Below, in pieces: positions 58,795-64,000 of a stretch of 64,000 nt of DNA. A model generated the notes under the pieces. The model saw only the letters and a program-made list of their open reading frames with translations. It was not told where the DNA came from and ran no database searches. Origin of the DNA: Nanobdellota archaeon (lineage in GTDB: Archaea > Nanobdellota > Nanobdellia > Parvarchaeales > Parvarchaeaceae); NCBI GenBank assembly GCA_021797085.1, contig JAKAAG010000001.1, positions 6,814 to 70,813 of the forward strand. The letters are read 5' to 3'. The number at the start of each line of letters is the position of its first letter. Position 1 is the stretch's first letter. The position numbers and the translations under genes were made by a program.

Positions 58795-60435
58795 CTAATC
58801 TCCATAACCTCCCATTCCACCAGGCGGCATCTGCGGCTGCTGATTTGCAGACTTGCCTGCTGCTATTATATCGTCTATCCTAAGGATCATAACAGCGACC
58901 TCGCTTGCACTCTTTATCGCCTGTTTCTTTGTCCTTAAAGGCTCGATTACTCCTTCTTTATACATATCAGACACTTGAGGTTTATATACATCTAAAAGGT
59001 TTACACCCGCCCAGGTTTTTCCTTTCTGGTGCTCTGCCCTTAGTTCAACAAGTATATCTATTGGATCCAAACCTGCGTTCTCTGCAAGTGTCTTTGGAAC
59101 GACTTCCAATGCATCCGCAAACGCATTAACTGCAAGCTGTTCCCTGCCCTCAAGGCCAGTTGCAAAGTCCCTAAGATTCTTTGATACTTCAAGCTCGGCT
59201 GCTCCTCCTCCAGCCACTATCGAACCTCCGTCCTCTATGACTGATTTAAGATCACCCAAACTGTCGTCTATTGCCCTTTGTATCTCGTCTACAACGTGTT
59301 CGGTTCCGCCTCTTACAAGTATAGTAACTGCCTTTGGATTCTTGCATTCTTCTATCAACGCAAGCGTTTCTCCCGCAAGCTTTTCAACATGCACTATGCC
59401 CGCCTCTCCAAGGCTGTCCTTTCCTAATTCATCAAGAGTTGCCACGACTTTCGCACCTGTAGCTTTTCCAATCTTTTTCATGTCATTTTCAGAGACCCTG
59501 CGGAATGCAAGTATCCCAGCTTTTGAAAGGAAGTGCTGTGCCGTATCATCTATTCCCTTTTGCACTATAACTACATTTGCTCCAGATGCTTTTATTTTCT
59601 CGACCATCTCCTTGAGCATGTTTTCCTCTTCATCAAGGAATGCCTGTAACTGCTCTGGTTTCTCTATTCTTATCTGTGCGTCTATGTTTGTCTTTTCTAT
59701 CTCAAGTGCTAAGTTTAAAAGAGCAACCTTTGCGTTTTTAATCTCCTCTGGCATGTCTGGATGTACTTTTTCCTTATCTATTATTACGCCTTTTATCAGC
59801 CTTGAATCTAATAAACCACCGCCTACCTTTTTCTCAACCTTTATGTCATCTAAATCCAAAGTATCGTTCTTGCCTGACATTGATTTAACGTGCTGAACTG
59901 CATCTACTATTAATGAAACTATGTGTGTATCCGCTCCAGTGCTTTTACCCACTATTGCAGTTTTGACTATCCTGCTTAGATCTTCCTTATTGGCTATATC
60001 AAGGTGCAATTTTATCTTATCTAGGATTTCCTGCGCCTTGTTTGCTGCAAGCCTGTACCCTCTGGCAACCAAAGTAGGGTGTATGCTTTGATCCAAAAGT
60101 GTTTCCGCATTCTTAAGCAGTTCTCCTGCAATTATGACTGCGGTAGTAGTTCCGTCCCCCACTTCTTCTTCCTGCGTCTTTGCAACCTCTACTATCATCT
60201 TTGCCGCGGGGTTCTCTATCTCCATGCTCTTCAAAACAGTTACGCCGTCGTTTGTTATTGTTATATCTCCTATATTGTCAACAAGCATCTTGTCCATTCC
60301 TCTTGGCCCCAAGGTAGATTTCACTGCATTTGCTACCGCTTTGGCCGCCGCAATATTGTTTCTCTGTGCATCCTTTCCGCTTGTTCTATTATATCCTTCT
60401 GGTAAGATGAAAATCGGTTGAATTCCTTCTGCCAT
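58795..60435 (-). CDS. ths: thermosome subunit (group II chaperonin)
   Basis: [13 protein letters not shown]-binding GDGTTT, C-terminal GGMGGYGD tail. Confidence 0.9.
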   Translation of the reverse strand: MAEGIQPIFILPEGYNRTSGKDAQRNNIAAAKAVANAVKSTLGPRGMDKMLVDNIGDITITNDGVTVLKSMEIENPAAKMIVEVAKTQEEEVGDGTTTAVIIAGELLKNAETLLDQSIHPTLVARGYRLAANKAQEILDKIKLHLDIANKEDLSRIVKTAIVGKSTGADTHIVSLIVDAVQHVKSMSGKNDTLDLDDIKVEKKVGGGLLDSRLIKGVIIDKEKVHPDMPEEIKNAKVALLNLALEIEKTNIDAQIRIEKPEQLQAFLDEEENMLKEMVEKIKASGANVVIVQKGIDDTAQHFLSKAGILAFRRVSENDMKKIGKATGAKVVATLDELGKDSLGEAGIVHVEKLAGETLALIEECKNPKAVTILVRGGTEHVVDEIQRAIDDSLGDLKSVIEDGGSIVAGGGAAELEVSKNLRDFATGLEGREQLAVNAFADALEVVPKTLAENAGLDPIDILVELRAEHQKGKTWAGVNLLDVYKPQVSDMYKEGVIEPLRTKKQAIKSASEVAVMILRIDDIIAAGKSANQQPQMPPGGMGGYGD

Positions 60436-60466
60436 ATTGTACCTCCTCCTAATAACTTAGATATGT

Positions 60467-60486
60467 TCAATGCATGCTTGCATTGA
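60467..60486. promoter_or_regulatory. perfect 8-bp inverted repeat TCAATGCA-TGCT-TGCATTGA in the thermosome promoter/5'UTR
   Basis: Located between the putative TATA (60509-60518, minus orientation TTTAAATATA with purine-rich BRE) and the GGAGG SD at 60443-60447. Confidence 0.35.
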
Positions 60487-60627
60487 TATCTCTAATAGAG
60501 CTTAGTGTTATATTTAAAGTTTTCCACTGTTTTAAATGATTTTGCAATACAGATTATACTATCAAAGCAGGTGATTCAAACAGAAGAACCATTAAAACTT
60601 TAAATTGAAAAATTCCTTTAATAAGGA

Positions 60628-61599
60628 ATGGACAGCCAATACAGCGAGATAAGGAAAGATTATAGAACTGGATATTATTCAGTTATAGTTCCAGGCAGAG
60701 ACCACAGGCCAAAGGAATTAGAGATAGAAGATGAAGGCGCAAAAAACCTTAAAGACTGTCCATTTGAACCAGATACAGTAGACAGAGTAAACCTTGAGAT
60801 AATGCATGTAAATGAGCCATGGACAACTATGGTGATAAGAAACAAGTTTCCGGAACTAGATGGCCATACCCCTTTAGAGTATGAAAACGGATTTCTTTCC
60901 TCCATATCAGGATATGGTTACAATGAAGTTTTGATAGAAAGCCCAAATCACTTCGATAAATTTGAGAACATGGACATGAAAAAATCACTTGAATGGTTGA
61001 ATACATTAATAGAAAGGGAAGAAGACTTGTATTCAAGAAACTACATAAAGCATGTAATGGTGTTTAAAAATTATGGGGCCTCGGGGGGTGCAAGCATAGG
61101 CCATCCACATACGCAGATAATAGCATGGCCTGAAATACTCGGCACTCCAGCAATAGAGATAGAAATAGCAAAGAAGTACCTAAAAGAAAACAATTCCTGC
61201 ATTTATGAGGATGGAATAAAGAAAGAAGAGGGAAGAATTTTGTTTGAAAATGAAAAGGTAATAGCGGTTGCACCTTACGGGTCAAGATTTGCAGGTGAGT
61301 CTATGATCTTGCCGAAAAGGCACATCAATTACATAATGGATCTAAGCCAGGAAGAAAAGGAAGAGCTTGTTGAAGGGCTGAAAAAATTAATACAAACAAA
61401 TAAAAAGCTGTTTGGGGAGCAGGCATACAACTTTGTCATACACGAGAACAAGAAAGAAAAGGATTACCACATGCACATAGAGGTTTATCCTAGACTTTCG
61501 AATTTGGCAGGCATAGAACTTGGACAGAATGTTTTTGTCAATACTTTAGTACCTGAAGACTACGCTAAAAAATTCAAAGGGGTTACAGAATCAATTTAA
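60628..61599 (+). CDS. GalT-like HIT-family hexose-1-phosphate nucleotidyltransferase
   Basis: GASIGHPHTQIIAW (HxHxQ) motif. 323 aa. Confidence 0.55.
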   Translation: MDSQYSEIRKDYRTGYYSVIVPGRDHRPKELEIEDEGAKNLKDCPFEPDTVDRVNLEIMHVNEPWTTMVIRNKFPELDGHTPLEYENGFLSSISGYGYNEVLIESPNHFDKFENMDMKKSLEWLNTLIEREEDLYSRNYIKHVMVFKNYGASGGASIGHPHTQIIAWPEILGTPAIEIEIAKKYLKENNSCIYEDGIKKEEGRILFENEKVIAVAPYGSRFAGESMILPKRHINYIMDLSQEEKEELVEGLKKLIQTNKKLFGEQAYNFVIHENKKEKDYHMHIEVYPRLSNLAGIELGQNVFVNTLVPEDYAKKFKGVTESI

Positions 61600-62511
61600 G
61601 CCCTTTTCCTCTAAAAACTTTCTTGCATCTATTGCACACATGCTTCCCCACCCTGCCGCTATAACCGCTTGCTTGTAACGCCTGTCCTGCACGTCACCAG
61701 CTGCAAATACCCCTTCCTTGCTGGTCTTTGTAAACTCCCTTGTCTTTATGTACCCGTTTTCATCCAAGTCAATGTAGCCTTTGAACAGATCTGTATTCGG
61801 ATTGTGCCCTATTGCAAGGAAAAGACCATCTGTCTTTAATTCAGTTTCTTCATTTGTTTTCAGGTTTTTTATCTTAACGCCCTCCACGTGCTCCTTTCCC
61901 AACACGTCTATTACTTCGCTGTCCCAGATTATGTTTATCTTCTTGTTTGAAAATACCCTATCCTGCATTATTTTGCTTGCCCTGAACTCATGCCTTCTGT
62001 GTATCAAAGTCACTGAATTTGTAAGCGTTGAAAGATAACTTGCATCTTCCATTGCGCTGTCTCCCCCACCTACAACTACAACTTTTTTGTTTTTGAAGAA
62101 TGCCCCGTCACAAACTGCACAGCCTGAAACTCCCTTGCCTATCAGTCTTTTTTCGTTTTCTAATCCAAGCCACCTAGCTGACGCACCCGTCGATATTATT
62201 ATAGAATATGTTTCATATTCCTTTTCGCCCACAAAAACTTTGTATGGATAAACATTTAAATCAACCTTGGAAACATTGTCATCTATGATTCTGCAGTTCA
62301 ATGCCTTGACCTGTTCTGCCATCTTATCCATAAGCTCCGGCCCAAAAATTGATTTAAAACCAGGAAAGTTTTCCACTGCCGATGTGAGCATAAGCTGGCC
62401 GCCTACTTCAAAGCCCCTTATCAACAAGGGATTTAGGTCATCTCTTACAGCGTATATTGCAGCAGTATAACCTGCCGGTCCAGAACCAATTATTATCAAC
62501 TTTTCTACCAT
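61591..62511 (-). CDS. trxB: thioredoxin-disulfide reductase
   Basis: GSGPAGYTAAIY FAD motif, CAVC redox pair, GGGDSA NADPH motif. Confidence 0.85.
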   Translation of the reverse strand: MVEKLIIIGSGPAGYTAAIYAVRDDLNPLLIRGFEVGGQLMLTSAVENFPGFKSIFGPELMDKMAEQVKALNCRIIDDNVSKVDLNVYPYKVFVGEKEYETYSIIISTGASARWLGLENEKRLIGKGVSGCAVCDGAFFKNKKVVVVGGGDSAMEDASYLSTLTNSVTLIHRRHEFRASKIMQDRVFSNKKINIIWDSEVIDVLGKEHVEGVKIKNLKTNEETELKTDGLFLAIGHNPNTDLFKGYIDLDENGYIKTREFTKTSKEGVFAAGDVQDRRYKQAVIAAGWGSMCAIDARKFLEEKGLN

Positions 62512-62588
62512 TCTTTCTATATATCATACGATATAAATAAAGCTTTCTGCTAAGATAGTTTTTTATTCAGCCAACAATTAATAAAGTT

Positions 62589-64000
62589 ATGGATAAATTT
62601 CTAATAGAGGTCTCATTTGAAGCCGGAAATAAGGTGGGCGGGATATGGACGGTTTTGACATCTAAATCATCATACATGAAAAAACAATTCGGGGACAATT
62701 ACTTAGCAATAGGATTTTATAATCCAAACCAAGCGGCGGTTGAATTCATGGAAAGCCCTCCTCCACAGTACATAAAGGACGCTATGGCTAACATAAAGCT
62801 TGATGGTGTAAAGATATACTTTGGGAAATGGTCCTCTGCGAATGATGTAAACCTTATATTGATAGACGCCAAGGAATTTGAAAACAAGCACATAAACGAG
62901 GTAAAAAAGGATTTCTGGGACAACTTCAGGATAGACTCATTGAACTCGCCAGGAGATTACAATGAACCACTTGCATGGTCGTATGCTGCTGGAGCAGTCA
63001 TAGAAGCATTAAGCAAAACAATAAAGCAGTCTATAGTTGTGCAGGTCCATGAATGGCTCTCTGCGGGCGCGATACTTTACTTAAAATATAAAAACGTGAA
63101 GATACCAACGGTATTCACAGTGCATGCAACAGTTCTTGGTAGAGCGATATCCTATTCTGGTGGAAACACGAACGCATATGTGATTGCAAACACGGGGATA
63201 ACGCCGGACATGCCTTATAAGTATGGGGTAGCAGCAAAGCATTTCACTGAAAAGGCGGGGGCTTTCAACGCAACGATATTCACTGCGGTGAGCAGGGTAG
63301 TGGCAAAGGAAGCAAACATAATCCTTGGTAAAAAACCCGATTTTGTGACCATAAACGGAATAGACACTGACAACCTTCCGCTGACGGATGAACTTACTAC
63401 TATGAGAGTAAACGCAAAAAAGAAGCTTGACAATTTCCTGAATGCATATTTCCTCCCTTATTATGACCTTAATCCAAGCAGCATAAGGGTGTTCATAACA
63501 AGTGGCAGGTACGAATTTTATGACAAAGGCTATGATGTTTTCATAGACGCGCTTGGAAAGCTTGATAAGATGCTTACAGACGGAAGCTATGTCATAGCAC
63601 TCATAGCAGTTCCTTCTGGTACAATAGGAGTGAGAAACGATGTAGTTGCAAACTACCTTACTTATATGAGCATAAAATCCGCATTGGATGAAGACGTGAA
63701 GAACTTTGATTCTGTGATAGCCTCTTCAATAGAACTTGAAGAAGGGAATGTTGACAAAGCTTACAGCAAGATAATAAATGACTCGAAAAGACTGATTAAA
63801 CAACTCAGAAGGCCTAAGCCCACAAACCCACCTCTTACTCCTTTCATACTCTCATACCCTGAAAATAATGACGCAATAATAAACAAACTCAGGGAAAACA
63901 ACCTTAATAACTCGGTAGAAAACCACGTGAAAGTTGTATTCTATCCAAAATACCTTGCCGTTGGCGATGAGCTGCTTAACCTTACTTACTATGAAATGCT
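62589..64000 (+). CDS. glycogen synthase, eukaryote-type GT3 family (5' partial; runs off the window end)
   Basis: N-terminal FLIEVSFEAGNKVGGIWTVLTSKS matches the GT3 glycogen-synthase N-terminal signature (…FEVAWEVANKVGGIYTV…). No stop before position 64000. Confidence 0.6.
   Translation, partial: MDKFLIEVSFEAGNKVGGIWTVLTSKSSYMKKQFGDNYLAIGFYNPNQAAVEFMESPPPQYIKDAMANIKLDGVKIYFGKWSSANDVNLILIDAKEFENKHINEVKKDFWDNFRIDSLNSPGDYNEPLAWSYAAGAVIEALSKTIKQSIVVQVHEWLSAGAILYLKYKNVKIPTVFTVHATVLGRAISYSGGNTNAYVIANTGITPDMPYKYGVAAKHFTEKAGAFNATIFTAVSRVVAKEANIILGKKPDFVTINGIDTDNLPLTDELTTMRVNAKKKLDNFLNAYFLPYYDLNPSSIRVFITSGRYEFYDKGYDVFIDALGKLDKMLTDGSYVIALIAVPSGTIGVRNDVVANYLTYMSIKSALDEDVKNFDSVIASSIELEEGNVDKAYSKIINDSKRLIKQLRRPKPTNPPLTPFILSYPENNDAIINKLRENNLNNSVENHVKVVFYPKYLAVGDELLNLTYYEM

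Noticed and set aside
59237-59896. 219-aa plus-strand ORF and other 60-120-aa ORFs lying inside the thermosome, AglB, ValRS, Hel308, PheRS, LysRS and TrpRS genes on the opposite strand or in other frames
   Set aside because: They lie antisense to, or overlap, long conserved genes whose products are recognisable end to end. Their composition is low-complexity Ser/Phe/Leu typical of antisense AT-rich ORFs. They have no motifs and no RBS.
1-64000. CRISPR arrays, IS elements, integrases, prophage or rRNA genes
   Set aside because: No spaced direct repeats, transposase or integrase motifs, terminal inverted repeats or rRNA-like conserved stretches were recognised by eye. The window is almost fully occupied by housekeeping CDSs and tRNAs.

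Overview
This is a gene-dense, AT-rich window from a small archaeal genome, plausibly DPANN-like. Eight tRNA genes are called here, three with introns. They sit among conserved archaeal gene clusters: DUF655/Rpo4/L21e, cmk/cbf5, Zn-ribbon/EF-1beta, PheRS alpha/beta, enolase/S2, L37e/Sm/thermosome. Also present are five aminoacyl-tRNA synthetases (Ser, Val, Lys, Trp, Phe), PCNA, Hel308, RNase J, and an AglB/cupin-PGI/flippase N-glycosylation locus. Most noteworthy: an in-frame TGA inside cbf5; a tandem degenerate-plus-intact metallophosphoesterase beside a DHH/DHHA1 nuclease; tRNA-Ile with an apparent UAU anticodon; twin tRNA-Leu genes differing at position 34; a ValRS with degenerate HIGH-region histidines; a GG-ending ThiS-like protein overlapping a TtuA thiolase; an RHH/PAPS-reductase-like operon whose two products share a C-terminal KLRxxGYM tail; a strongly SD-preceded 45-aa Zn-ribbon ORF absent from the ORF track; a palindromic operator-like element in the thermosome promoter; and a eukaryote-type GT3 glycogen synthase. 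No CRISPR array, IS element or prophage signal was seen. Most short ORFs in the track that lie antisense to long conserved genes are judged spurious.
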